Origin: Podarcis pityusensis
Taxonomy: Eukaryota
Direction: 5' to 3' (one strand)
DNA: 64,000 bases
Assembly: GCA_964106645.2 (NCBI GenBank)
Contig: OZ067044.1
Shown here one piece after another: positions 36,899-49,849 of the stretch. The position numbers were made by a program, and so were the translations under genes. Positions within the stretch are counted from its first letter, which is position 1, and each line of letters begins with the position of its first letter. The notes below the pieces were generated by a model. That model did not search any database. It was not told the DNA's origin and saw only the letters and a program-made list of their open reading frames with translations.

Positions 36899-39800
36899 AT
36901 GGGGTAGGCATACACTACAACATTTTGTTGTGAGTCACACCTGTATTTATTAAAATACTCTTTTGAAAAAAGTTCAGTAGGTCTATAAGGAATTTGTAGC
37001 ATCTCATCAATCATGCTTTCATATAAGCCCCTAATTTCCTATATACTGACCTTGTGTACTTGAAAATAGTGACCAAGCTAAAGATTTGTCAGTGCAAGCA
37101 GTATTGCACTTCTAGCTCTTGGTTTGCTAGAAATGCAACTGTTGCTGCTGAGGATTGATGTCTTAGCCTTCATTACCATATTTCTCTATTTTGCACTCAC
37201 TTTATGTCCTTTACGAAACCAATCTAATGAAAGGTCTGATCACAATTTCTTCAAAGATAAGAAAAGACTTTTTTTTTTGAAGGGGCGGGGGCGGAATCAG
37301 GGCAATCTGAATGTGCCAGAGTAAATACTGCTACAAAACATCTTTTAACTCCGGCAATGAACTAGGCACTGCAGTATCAAATCTATTTATTTGTATTTTT
37401 ATTTATAAAAAAATTTATATACTACTGTATCACAGAAATAGATGTCTGTAAACTTTTTCTAAGAAAAAAACAATCCATGATCAGCATCAAAGTTTTGCAA
37501 TGGGCTTACTGCATGTGGTTTGTTTGAAGAATCCAGATTTGGACATTACAGCAAAACAAACTCTGGCTTGTTTCCTGAAGGTGAAGAAGCAGGAGGAGCA
37601 CAGTAGGAACTTCTCAGTATCGTGCTGCATGTTCATAAGCCATAACATGTTTTTACTATGGCTAAATGTGGACATGAGAAGCAGGCCAATGATTCTCTTG
37701 CACAAGATCCTGCTCCCTTATGTAGGAGGTAGGAGGCAGAAGTCCACTGTTTCTCTTTCTCTCTCTCTCTCTTTACTTCCTTATGTGACTTGACATCTAA
37801 GGTTGTGGGTTGTATGTTAGTACAGAAAACTGGATCGTATCCACAAAGGAATAGCCCTAGACTTCACAAGGAGTCAAGAACAAGGGTGATAAAAAAAGAA
37901 CAAGGATGATCAAATGTAACAATCAGAAGGCAAAGAAGTAATGCAAGTATTTCCATGTAATTAGATAGTGCGGTCCATGGGGACTGCAGCCCATAAAGGA
38001 CTAATGTTGAATTACACAATATCTTTAAGTCACACAGTAACTTTATGTCTCCCAGAGGGTATCTGAGCTACATGAAGACTTTTTGCTAATAGTCGCTGTA
38101 GAAACTGAATTATAATTTCTTGGGTGTCTGTGTGGCGGTGGTCTATTTACTGCTGAGTCTATTTAACATGCTACTTGTCCTGGGAGCTTCTTTGGAAAAA
38201 GCACCACCAAAGCACCTGACAGAATTAAGGAGGGGAGGCTCTGCCTGTTCGAAGCTAGCCTTGCTGCCTCAGTTGACCGATAATTGAAGGAGGTCGTCCT
38301 TGCAACTTTCCCATTGCTTTAAAAGGGGGGTTATCAAATCAGTGTAGCTGGCCAGCGATGTACCTGAATGTGTGATACTGCACAAAGAAGAACTGGTATT
38401 CAGCCAAACAAGTAGTTACAGCATATGCTCTAGTATTTGGTATAAATTTAGTATGCCCTGGTTACTGACACACACAGTGGAAAAAATATGTACAGCTTGA
38501 GGATAAGTGGGTATGCTTTACTGAATTTATTCCTTGCCCTACATGCACTTATGGAATGGCACACTGCTCACTTCTGCTTGTGGCACTTCAGTAGCTGATT
38601 GATGTGCGCTAATCGAATAGGGATGTTAGTATACAGGATCCAGATAGTCTATCCTACTTCACCGAGGCAGGATTCATTAAGTTACACCTACAGGATATTT
38701 ATCTTTTTGCCTCTGCTCAAAAACTTGCCACAAAATATGTGAGGCATGAATCTTTTAATGTTCCTCAATAGAAAACATTGTAATGGTAGTTAAGGAATAG
38801 GATTTCTCCATTTACACAAGAAAAGCCACTTGAAAAGAAGAGTTAAATGGTGCTCAAATAAGTGTTGAAGAAAAATGCTGCAGTACTTTCCATTGGAATT
38901 ATAATTTAAAAAGTACATGATTCAGAAGGGAAGCAGCTTTGGCATTAAAACTAATGGTGGCAGTCATAATGCAGAAGGCAGTAGGTTCCACAAAAAAATG
39001 AAGTTATCGTATTTTAATCTTTTGAAAGGTGCTATTTATTTTATTTCTAAAACTTATTTATTTCTTTTCTCTCAAAGAACAGATAGGCAGTATACAACAT
39101 AGCATCTTTAAAAATATGAAAAAATCTAAACACTAACAAAGGCACCAGCTTCCATTCATCTGAGTGACGAAGAAACAGCTTATCTAGAACTGAGCAATGA
39201 AGTGGCCTAGGAGGCACCTTTAGAGAAGCTGCTCTACTGAAATGGAACTGCCACTGACAAATCCCTAACCCTAGATCTGCCTTCTTGTCTTCCTCTCTCC
39301 GTTTCTTTCTTGTCAAGCGTAAGGTTGTAGACCAAACTATTCCAAGTACCATATCCATACCATCTGGTGAAACAAACGGAGACTGAACTGTGCAAAAGCA
39401 GGATGATGAAGCACTGGACACATCTGCTTCATATCCTGAATAACAGAGGCATCCAAGTCAGTTTGGATGTAGTCCCCCCCCCCAACAGCCTACCAATAAG
39501 TCAGAGAGCTATTATCACCACATCTACATCTTTCATGAGTTCAAGTTGTAAAAGCCTCTCAACCATTATAAACAGCTTGATGACACTCTGTGGATGCAAT
39601 GGTGGCAACAGAATGATTTATTTGTGAAGTTTTGGCAACAACAGTATATGTTTTCAAATATGCTCTAAGCCATGTTCAACTGGATTTGGCTCTAATTTTC
39701 AGCCACAAACATACAGCCAAACTGTCTTTCCTGCAGCCTACAGTCATGCAAACTTTCATGAAACCAAGAAGAATAAACCAAAGAGAAGGGGAAAAAATGG

Positions 39801-41333
39801 TGCCTAAGAGCAATTTCGTCCACTGGTAGTTGTCATTGTTCTTGAGAAATTGCCAAAAATTGTACAAGCAGCAATTACAAATACTCAGTAATGAGAAAGC
39901 ACCAGAGCCGAGCCAAAAATGCAACCCTACTTTGGTGACCTTATCTGCAAATTGCAATGTGGGGTGGCATTACATAGAGATTTCTCCAGAGAGTGGGCAG
40001 AATTCAACATATATGGAGATAAAAGACCTTGATGCAGTAGCCATCTCACATTTTTCTCTCTTAAAAAATAAATAAAAAGTAGCAGTTTTTCCTCTCAGCA
40101 ACTGATATTCTCCTACTACGAACATTTTCCTGTTTCAAATGCCATTACATTGTTATGTAGCAGGCTCATTCCAGAAGCATCACTGAGGGGGGAAAGATGC
40201 ATCTCCCAAAACATGTAGAATTCCCTTCCATTCACCCCTCAAATGACCACATTTCTTCCTTTCATCCTGCACTTTGAAGTAAAAGAAACTTGTACCAGAG
40301 CTAGTCTGGAAATGGGTTTCGTTGGCAAGATATGAAACTTCTGAACTCAATATAACTTTACTCTCTACCACGGTGCCCTAATGTGCTCCACGTTGCCCAA
40401 CCATGGCTATATTTTGTTGTGTGTTATTCAAGTGTCAATGTTTATTTCTTTTTTAACAGGTTCCTCCTCAATGCCTAAGGAAAAAACAGCATAAGAGCAT
40501 GCAGAATAGAAACAAGCTGAAGAGGCTCTCTCACCATCCAAAAATACATGCTACCTACTTGCCCAGGTTAGGAGGAAGTGGTGGGATTATTAAAACTTGG
40601 GGGAGTGAATAAACTGTCCCCTTGATTCATGTGTTCACCTCCACCAGAATATCCAGGAAGCTACGATAGTTGCCACAAGGCCCCTGCTAATTGTGATCCC
40701 ACAATTTGAGTGCAAACTCAATGGAACTATTAGACAAAAGGATCCATAATAGCTCCAAGGCCTCTCTACGCCTCTGAAGGGCAAGTAGCTTCATGGATCC
40801 AATGACACAATCTCCACTTGATGTTGACATGATGCAACTACAGCCTGGCATTGTATGGGGCTGAGCAACCTTGCAGCAGCAGAAGCCACTGCATGAGGCT
40901 GGTGGGCAGAAAGAGCTTAAGATGTCACAAGGCAAATGGACTCATTAGAAGACGCACTTTGGGAAAGGAAGGAAAGGGCAGAGGGAGGGAACAGCAGTCT
41001 CCTCCTCACACTGCTCTTCACTTACCATGAATTAGTCCCCATTTATTATTTACATTTGTTAATCATCTTTTAACTCAGGCCACCATGTGATACACAAACG
41101 TACTACACACTTGTATTACTTCCTGTCTTTCTCCACAGAAGGAATCCCAGAATATGTAACAAGAGGAATGTGAATTTTTTCAGCAAAAACCAATTGTGCA
41201 ACTGGGTTGATCATCAGGTTCTACACATGAAGAGGAAAACATCTTCAACAAGTCTATCTATGCAGGAACTGTGGACTTTCACAGGTACTAAAGGGAACTG
41301 GTAACTTAGTATTTTTAGCTTCCAACCATGACC

Positions 41334-41406
41334 TAGAATCACAGAATCGTAGAGTTGGAAGGGATCCTAAAGTTCATCTAGTCTAACCCCCTGCAGTGCA
41401 GGAATT
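41334..41406 (-). mobile_element. CR1-type tail of the same SINE family
   Basis: tagaatcacagaatcgtagagttggaagggatcc...catctagtctaaccccctgcagtgcaggaat. Confidence 0.75.
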
Positions 41407-41471
41407 TAGATTGAGTTGTTAAATTTGTACTTGGATTGTACCACTTTGGGTAAATCCTTCTTTCTGACACA

Positions 41472-41846
41472 TTGGTGCTGACCTTTAAAGCCGTAAACAG
41501 CCTCGACCTTGTATACCTGAAAGAGCATCTCCACCCCCATCATTCTGCCCGGACACTGAGGTCCAGCGCCTTCTGGTGGTTCTCTCACTGCGAGAGGCCA
41601 AGTTACAGGGAACCAGGCAGAGGGCCTTCTCAGTAGTGGCACCCGCCCTGTGGAATGCCCTCCCACCAGATGTCAAAGAGAAAAACAACTAACAGACTTT
41701 TAGAAGACATCTGAAGGCAGCCCTGTTTAGGGAAGCTTTTAATATCTGAAGGACTACTGTATTTTAAAATTTTGTTGGAAGCTGCCCAGAGTGGATGGGG
41801 AAGCCCAGCCAGAAGGGCAGGATATAAATACATCATCATCATTATT
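41472..41846 (+). mobile_element. L2 LINE 3' end, same family as 3685-5347
   Basis: Near-colinear with the reverse complement of ~3725-4090 (ccctgtggaatgccctccca...ttttagaagacatctgaaggcagccctgtttagggaag); tail ataaataacatcatcatcattatt. Confidence 0.9.
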
Positions 41847-42411
41847 GTTTAGTTTGCTTTGTGGGGAGATTAATTTTATTTCTATATGGAGCAATATTCT
41901 ATTATGTGAGCCTACACATGGAGTCTGAAGTCACACAGTTCAGACACAGATTTTTCAGCTTAACTGCTTGATTGCGTAAAATTGGGTAAATTGGTCTTTC
42001 AATTTTGGTTTGTTATTTGGGCTATGTATTTCAACATGTATTTCAATTCAGAATATCCATTTCTGTGAGAACTAGGCCCAAATCTGAAGACTCTGCTGTA
42101 CTGTTAACTAACAATATGGCTTGTTCAGCATAACTATCACAACAAGCAATACATTAGCTGCAGCATAAGAATTTCAAAATTTATAATGAATATATCCACA
42201 GCACTTTATATGCACTGAAGACACAGAATTGTCCACTTAAATTTACTTCTGCTGCCAGAAGTCCAAAAAAATTGTATTCTACAACACTCTCATTCTTTTA
42301 GACGTAATTAACTAAGGCATAGTTTGTATAGCAATTAAAAAACCACTTGCTTGCAGATGCTTGTAAGCATTATGTATCTTTTCCTTACTGAAAGTGCATA
42401 TGTGTATTCTT

Positions 42412-42751
42412 NNNNNNNNNNNNNNNNNNNNNNNNNNNNNNNNNNNNNNNNNNNNNNNNNNNNNNNNNNNNNNNNNNNNNNNNNNNNNNNNNNNNNNNNN
42501 NNNNNNNNNNNNNNNNNNNNNNNNNNNNNNNNNNNNNNNNNNNNNNNNNNNNNNNNNNNNNNNNNNNNNNNNNNNNNNNNNNNNNNNNNNNNNNNNNNNN
42601 NNNNNNNNNNNNNNNNNNNNNNNNNNNNNNNNNNNNNNNNNNNNNNNNNNNNNNNNNNNNNNNNNNNNNNNNNNNNNNNNNNNNNNNNNNNNNNNNNNNN
42701 NNNNNNNNNNNNNNNNNNNNNNNNNNNNNNNNNNNNNNNNNNNNNNNNNNN
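42412..42751. other. N-run 5 (340 nt)
   Basis: Direct count. Confidence 0.99.
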
Positions 42752-44138
42752 GCCTAAATCTGAGGATCCCTCAAGCAGCTATATGGACTTCTACTTTTAA
42801 AATGCCTATTACGCTTTCATACTTTTTGCTGCTTCCTGAAGAGTGCCATTTCGCCAAGCTTAAATAGCAGAAAATTGCACTGCTTTTCCTCTGCCCATCT
42901 CCTCAATCTCTATTAACCTGCACAAGAACAAAGGAATATGATGGTCCAGCTATAGGTTTGGAAATAGGTTTGAAGTTGTTTTTCATTTACTGGTAGCCAT
43001 CTTTCTGATTCATAAATGGAGTTTAACAATAATCTCATTTTAATGTATTAGGAAATGACTGACAATGCAGAATTTTTAATCTTGATGTATGGACGTACAC
43101 ATGACATACAAAGATTCATGCACACTTTTTCAAATATATGAATTCATATTTACATAAGCTTTGGGTGAAGACAGATCACTCACATAATTTGTTAAATCTT
43201 AATTAAAGGTATAAATATAAAATTACACAAATAGGAATTCACACTCTTTAGGCTGTATAAGAACAATAGGATACAACAACAACAACAACAACAAAAGGAA
43301 AATACTGAAACACCTGGTTTTAATGCATGCAGTAGACCTTTATTAGATGTCATAAACTAAATGATGCATTACTCTGTGGGCCACTTACAACCTATGAATT
43401 TTGAGGTAAAACGGAGGACAAAGAGTTCTTTTGAAACAATAAGGTTAAATGTTCTTTCAAATCAAGCCATATTTTATTGAATGCTGAATACATAACAGTC
43501 AGTGAGATTTGAGACTATTTCACTTTAATGTTCTAATGCATTCCGATATTACCTTTAAGAATAAAGAGTATTTTACTGAAACACATTATATTGTGTATAA
43601 GAACCATGTACATACAGCCTATCATCCATTCCAATTGTGTTACTAAACAAAGAGGAAACCATTTTAAAATTCCTATGGCTGATAAAATGACAGCTCAATG
43701 TCCTTTCTAAGCAATTAGATTAAAATTTATATGGGTTGTCATACATACTTGCACACACAAAGGTAATTTTGTCCATTTTAAAATTTTTTTTTTCTTTTTT
43801 TAAAGAGGAGAAGATCTGCTTTGTATTTAAAAAGATAAAAGAATGTTTTTGAAAATGACAATTGCTAGCTAGCCATCGATTCCTAGCTTTAATCTCATAG
43901 CCTACTCAAATTTCCCATTATGTCTCACTGAGGCTTAGACGGATAGAAAGGCCGAACTATGGCCTTCAACAAAAATGGAGGGGGGCTGTGGGGTGTTGTA
44001 GCATTAAGACACACAGCTGTTGCTCACAAACTGCAAACACTGGAATAACTCGCTGCATGTTTTGCCTACTTTGCTGCTAATAAAGTGTTTTGCATGCTTT
44101 CTATAAACACTACTCTTAAGTTTTATAATCTAGTACAT

Positions 44139-44550
44139 NNNNNNNNNNNNNNNNNNNNNNNNNNNNNNNNNNNNNNNNNNNNNNNNNNNNNNNNNNNNNN
44201 NNNNNNNNNNNNNNNNNNNNNNNNNNNNNNNNNNNNNNNNNNNNNNNNNNNNNNNNNNNNNNNNNNNNNNNNNNNNNNNNNNNNNNNNNNNNNNNNNNNN
44301 NNNNNNNNNNNNNNNNNNNNNNNNNNNNNNNNNNNNNNNNNNTGCCACAGGCAGNNNNNNNNNNNNNNNNNNNNNNNNNNNNNNNNNNNNNNNNNNNNNN
44401 NNNNNNNNNNNNNNNNNNNNNNNNNNNNNNNNNNNNNNNNNNNNNNNNNNNNNNNNNNNNNNNNNNNNNNNNNNNNNNNNNNNNNNNNNNNNNNNNNNNN
44501 NNNNNNNNNNNNNNNNNNNNNNNNNNNNNNNNNNNNNNNNNNNNNNNNNN
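44139..44550. other. N-runs 6 and 7 (204 and 196 nt) separated by the 12-nt island TGCCACAGGCAG (44343-44354)
   Basis: Direct count. Confidence 0.99.
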
Positions 44551-46148
44551 TTCAGGGTATACATAAATTGTCTGTTTTCTTTTATCAAACTGGGCATTTA
44601 TTTCCATCTTGCAAGGGTGAATGTCATCCCTGCCACCCTCAGCCCTTAGTGGCCTGACACCATCATTTGCTGAGGACCGTCGTTGGTGCTGATTTCCTAA
44701 TTGTGCTACTATTTTGAAGCAGAAATTTCTACTCCATGCTCCTCCTCCTCCTATCTAATTCCACCCCCCTCCAGGAATCTCTAATGTCAAGGACAAAGCT
44801 GTAATAGCGTTACAAAGAATGACCCCCACCTCTAAAGTACACTGATCTTTCTTTTTCAATGGCAATACATTAAACAAGGAATTTCATCCCTTGAAGTGAT
44901 TAAATGAATGCTGAACAAATCTATGTGAACCACTACCTAACATATGCAGCAAACACGTTTCTAGAAAGCGTTCTCTCCAAGGTATATTTACCTATTCAGA
45001 AGATGCCTTTTAAAATCTCTTCTGTAGTCAATATTTCTTTCTTTGACAGACAGAAAAACCATCAAAACGTCACAGAAAAGCACAGTGAATAATAGAAATT
45101 TAACATTTGTGAAAGATGTAGTATCCTCAGTTTGCATGATCAAATCAGCTTGTATGAGCTATAGAACTGCTTCCACAGTGAATGTTAATGAGGTTTTTGC
45201 TTCATATTTCCTTATTCAAAATTCTGATCAATATCAATGGGTCTGACTCCAGTCCCCACCCCCAACCTGGGTCAACCAGCATTACAGTCTTTTATTTCTC
45301 TTGAAGGCTTGGCAAAAATCCTTAATTCAGGTTACTAGGCAACCCTGCAGGTGAGAAAATATAATGTTTGGCCTACTCCATCTTAGAAAAAAACATTGCG
45401 GCCTAATGCTTTCAAAATAGACTCAGCAAAGCATGCACTGATAATTCTCTGCAACATTTTCTAAAGCTGAGGTCAGGAGAAAATTAATTGATGCTGAAAA
45501 TAATGACAGAAGGAGAGGCACCACTGAGACCTGGTGTGACTGGCATGTGATAATGTTAGCAAGAATCCCAGCATGTGACTGGACAGTGTTGTGAAAAATA
45601 TACTTTATGTGAAGGAAAAACAAGTTACAAAACGTAATTAGTTTTTGACACTTTTTCATATGTTATTATCTTTTCATTTGGAACATTGCCTTGGGACATC
45701 AATACATAAGTATAAATGAAACATTATTATTGTAAATCTGAAATGGGAAAAGAGATGGCTTTACACTGCACGTCTTCCTTTTACATGTCCTTCTGAATAA
45801 ACAAAACACCCTATACAGCCTAAGGTATACAAGTCACAGAAGACATATCTGCTGGAAGGACAAGGAGATATTTCTTCAATATAATAATCCTGTTGCACAT
45901 GATTATGCAGTTTTATTCTCAAAATAAGGGGTTTTGAAAGAAAAGTGGTCTAAAAAGCTATAGGATAATATGCAATTAAATTGTAACACCCAAAGCAATA
46001 ATGCTTCCCATACAGCAAATGTATTTTAATTTTTTTTTCCAGTGGGGTTTATACCTTGAAGTAATTCACACTGATTACTAAATAACCCTTGTGAGTTGCT
46101 TTGTCTTTCGAATTTAAAAAAAATACACTTGCCGTGAGCAATGAATTT

Positions 46149-46328
46149 NNNNNNNNNNNNNNNNNNNNNNNNNNNNNNNNNNNNNNNNNNNNNNNNNNNN
46201 NNNNNNNNNNNNNNNNNNNNNNNNNNNNNNNNNNNNNNNNNNNNNNNNNNNNNNNNNNNNNNNNNNNNNNNNNNNNNNNNNNNNNNNNNNNNNNNNNNNN
46301 NNNNNNNNNNNNNNNNNNNNNNNNNNNN
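46149..46328. other. N-run 8 (180 nt)
   Basis: Direct count. Confidence 0.99.
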
Positions 46329-47510
46329 TCAAACAGGAGCAATCCGAATACCATAGTTTTTAATTTACATACATTAGTGAGGTTCAAATGTGGCAATAGC
46401 TACAAGCAAGTTCTCTTGCAAACTGAACGCTCGCCTTGCATAATGGGTTCCCTTTAGCAATTATTCACCAGTGAAGTAACCGGATAAAAATGAAAACAAA
46501 GAGGGCAGAAAAAGAAAATCATGATAAAAATGCCATCATCTGGACTAGGATAATTACTGAAACACAGTGAAGGTCATGTTTATATTAGTTTTAGTAATTT
46601 CTTGTAAGATTTCTCTGTATTGAATCCCTAATGACATTTCCATCTATGCTTTGCTACTGTATTATTTTTCTTCTACAATGTATTAAGTGTTGCAGCACTG
46701 GTTACCCTATTTTAAAACAGCTGGCAGGATAACACAAATATTTTTTATTGACATCAGTTAGAAAAACTGAAATTTAGAAGTTTCTGCTAAATACGTCATT
46801 ATCAAAATATTATTGGACTAGCCTGAACACTTAGTAAAGCCAATAGGCTTATAATAAAATACCTCTTAGAGCTGCATCCCTTTTTTTACTGACCACAATA
46901 TTGAGCCTGAATTCCCAGCAGCATCATTACTAGACATTTTCTGCCACCTTTCTAAATCTGAAAAGCTTCCTACATTTAGTGAAGATTAGGTAATGCTACA
47001 AGCGATCAATAATGGCTATCAATTCCATACCTTGTTCAGAAGAACAGGTTGATTAAAAGTAAGCAAAATACATGGTTGAATATGTTTTAGACCTAGATGA
47101 GCTTCCAAACTGATCCATGGTAAGAAAGAAAAAAATATTCAAAGAAATTAATAATAATCAACATCACTGGGGGGAAATGAGAAAATGCTTAGTTAAGATT
47201 GACACTCCTTCCTTGGAGCAGGAGTAGAGAGAGAAGGCACAAATGAAGAATGATGTATCAGCTACAACTGTGATTTTTCAGGTACCTTCTTTAGTTTCTG
47301 GCACATCCTTACTGTGTATTACAAGTAGTACTTAGGAACTTTTTTCTTGGTGTCTTTTAATAATGCCATTTTAAAATGCTTTTATGAAGAATTGGAAAAG
47401 GTCTCTTATTAACCATAAAAGGGTCTATTATTGACTACATGTTGGGAAAGGCACCCATCATATCTCTACTAGCAAAAAAAGGTCAACAATGAAATTGAGA
47501 TTTGAAAATC

Positions 47511-47730
47511 CAGTCGTACCTCCGCTTATGTATCCCTCCGTTTACGTAAACTTTGGGATACATAAGCAGCAAACCCGGAAGTATATTTCTGGTTTTTTGC
47601 CGCGCGCGCATGCGTAGAAGTGCTCTACCACCACATGTGCGTGCGCATAAGCGGTCCCTCCAGTTGCGGAAACCTCAGGATCCGACTGGAGCTCCGGAAG
47701 AGATCCCATCCGCAACCGGAGGTACCACTG
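47511..47730. mobile_element. Tc1/mariner (Tigger-like) MITE
   Basis: TIRs CAGTCGTACCTCCG / CGGAGGTACCACTG; right flank TA, left flank TC. The ends are related to those of the 6238-6479 element. Confidence 0.85.
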
Positions 47731-47971
47731 TACTACTTACATTTCCCTCCAGACACACACAAAATGAATTTGTGTGTACATATCAAAATTGGGTAACATA
47801 TCCGCAAATTACATTGGAAAACAATGGGCTAAAAATTTGAATCCTAAGCTGGGAGCATATAAAAGTGATGTTTTGAACCTGGTTCTGCAATTTAATACAG
47901 GGAAGTTTTTAATTCTCATGTGAGAATAGTACCCCTGCAAACAGATTCATCAATAGATTGATCTGGTTTAT

Positions 47972-48511
47972 ATGTAACACTAAATTATGGTTTAGCGCTA
48001 CATGGGTGAGCCTCAAGCTCATGCATTCCCCTTCTTCTCTGGCATAGTCACAATGGGACATTGCAAGTTTTTGAATCTGTTTTCCATTAACTGTCGCTGA
48101 GCCTGGAACTATGGTTAAGCTCAACTATGGTTTAGGGAAAACAAGTCAGCTGGTTTGTTTCTTTAAATCGGGGATGGGAATCTCCCAAGGCAAAATTCAC
48201 AGATTTTATCATGCATTTTGGGTCTCTGCCTGGCTATCAGCGGTGCAGCCAGGAGAGGAAAAGCTCTGATGTTGTGTACAGTAACCAATTCCCTATTTTG
48301 TCATTTGCAACAAGGTGAATGCAAGATGAGGGGGAAATGTCTCAGCAGCCTTGCTGACCCTGCCTTAAACCATAGGTTACTACAGCTTGCTTGGGTATAG
48401 ACATAACCAGAAATTTCTGAATTTCTGTTCATTGCTGCACCAGTGGAGGAAGGGGGGATTGTGAGCTTGAGCTTCATCCTCATAATGCTAAACCACAGCT
48501 TCATGTTACAT
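47972..48511. mobile_element. Old MITE with ~50-bp imperfect terminal inverted repeats
   Basis: atgtaacactaaattatggtttagcgctacatgggtgagcctcaagctc versus the reverse complement of gagcttgagcttcatcctcataatgctaaaccacagcttcatgttacat. Confidence 0.65.
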
Positions 48512-49849
48512 TGAAATGAGGCCATTATCTCCAACATGTTCACCAGTCTCTTAATAGGGTGTAGTTTGTTTCCATGGATTTTGTTACCTATGTTCATAGG
48601 GTATAGAGCTGGACCAAATTTATGCAGTGTTTTTCACAAATAGTGTTGATTACTTTCTGCATAATCAATGTGTCAGCCACATGCATAAACATGACAAGCT
48701 CTGGGCTGTGTTATATGTGTGTCTTAGAGCTATGCAATACACAATTGCTCTGCACTTACTGAAAGTTTAATCTTTTAAGAGGTTACATATCTTTTAAGGG
48801 TACAGATAGACTGGATATAAACAATGAACACTCCCAAATACATAACTGTCAAAGTCATAAATCTATCATCAGTTAATGCTCAATTGTGCAAAAAACAAAC
48901 AAACCACAACCCTTTATCATCCAATACTACTAAGCGCTATTTGTTTGATATTACAAATTCTAGTGTTGTAGAGCACCACTTTATCTTACTGTGCAAACGA
49001 CATCACAAGCCATAGTATGCAGCATGAAAGGCTCGAGCTAGGCATGTCTGAAAAACTGTTGTCTTATATTCTAATTTCTCACAAAATTGTGCAATACTGA
49101 TCACAGATATCACAGACCCGAATTAATTGGTGGAATGTGTGTTCACGGATAATATTTAGCCATTTTTGAATCTTCAGTTTTGGTTTCCATCTCAAGCTTT
49201 AATTTGTAATTGATATTTTGGCCAGGCATTCTCCTTTTCTTGGGCCCTGTAGCACCACTAGTTGTTTCTCTGAGCACTGGTATGACCATTCTCAATGGTA
49301 TTAACTCCGGGATGACTAACATATGCAGGGTAGTTTTCTACTAGCTGTTGAACTCATACCAAACCTAAAGAAGCAACGGAAAACTGCCCAGAACACCATC
49401 TTATCCTTTAAGGAAGATAAAAATTGCCTTCAGCATTTCAAATAACACATTTTCCATTATGTTTAAAACCTGTGGAAAATATTATATAGGCTTAGAATCC
49501 TTCAGTCCAAAAACAGCCGTGGTCAAATTTCTTTACTTTCATATTTTTCAACCCCACATAAAGCAGTTATTATGAAAATAATTTCTAAAGCTTTATTCTT
49601 TATTGTTTTTCTATGTAACTAAAAGAAGAACAAGAAACTAGGCAGAAGAGAACATCCCACCCCCGGAAAAATAATGTTGAAATACAGCTTATTAACACAC
49701 TTTCTTTTCTATGTGATCGCATCAGCATAGCATTATAATTAGACTGGTAATATTCAGTTGACATTGAAACACTGTGGTGTTTACAACTTACAGTTCTGAT
49801 GCTAGTCCCGCTTAAGCAATAGTGATTGTTGTTCTGAGGGATGAGGCAA

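Noticed and set aside
10805-46457. ORF-track entries containing long X runs
   Set aside because: Artefacts of translating through N-runs, where no stop codon can appear.
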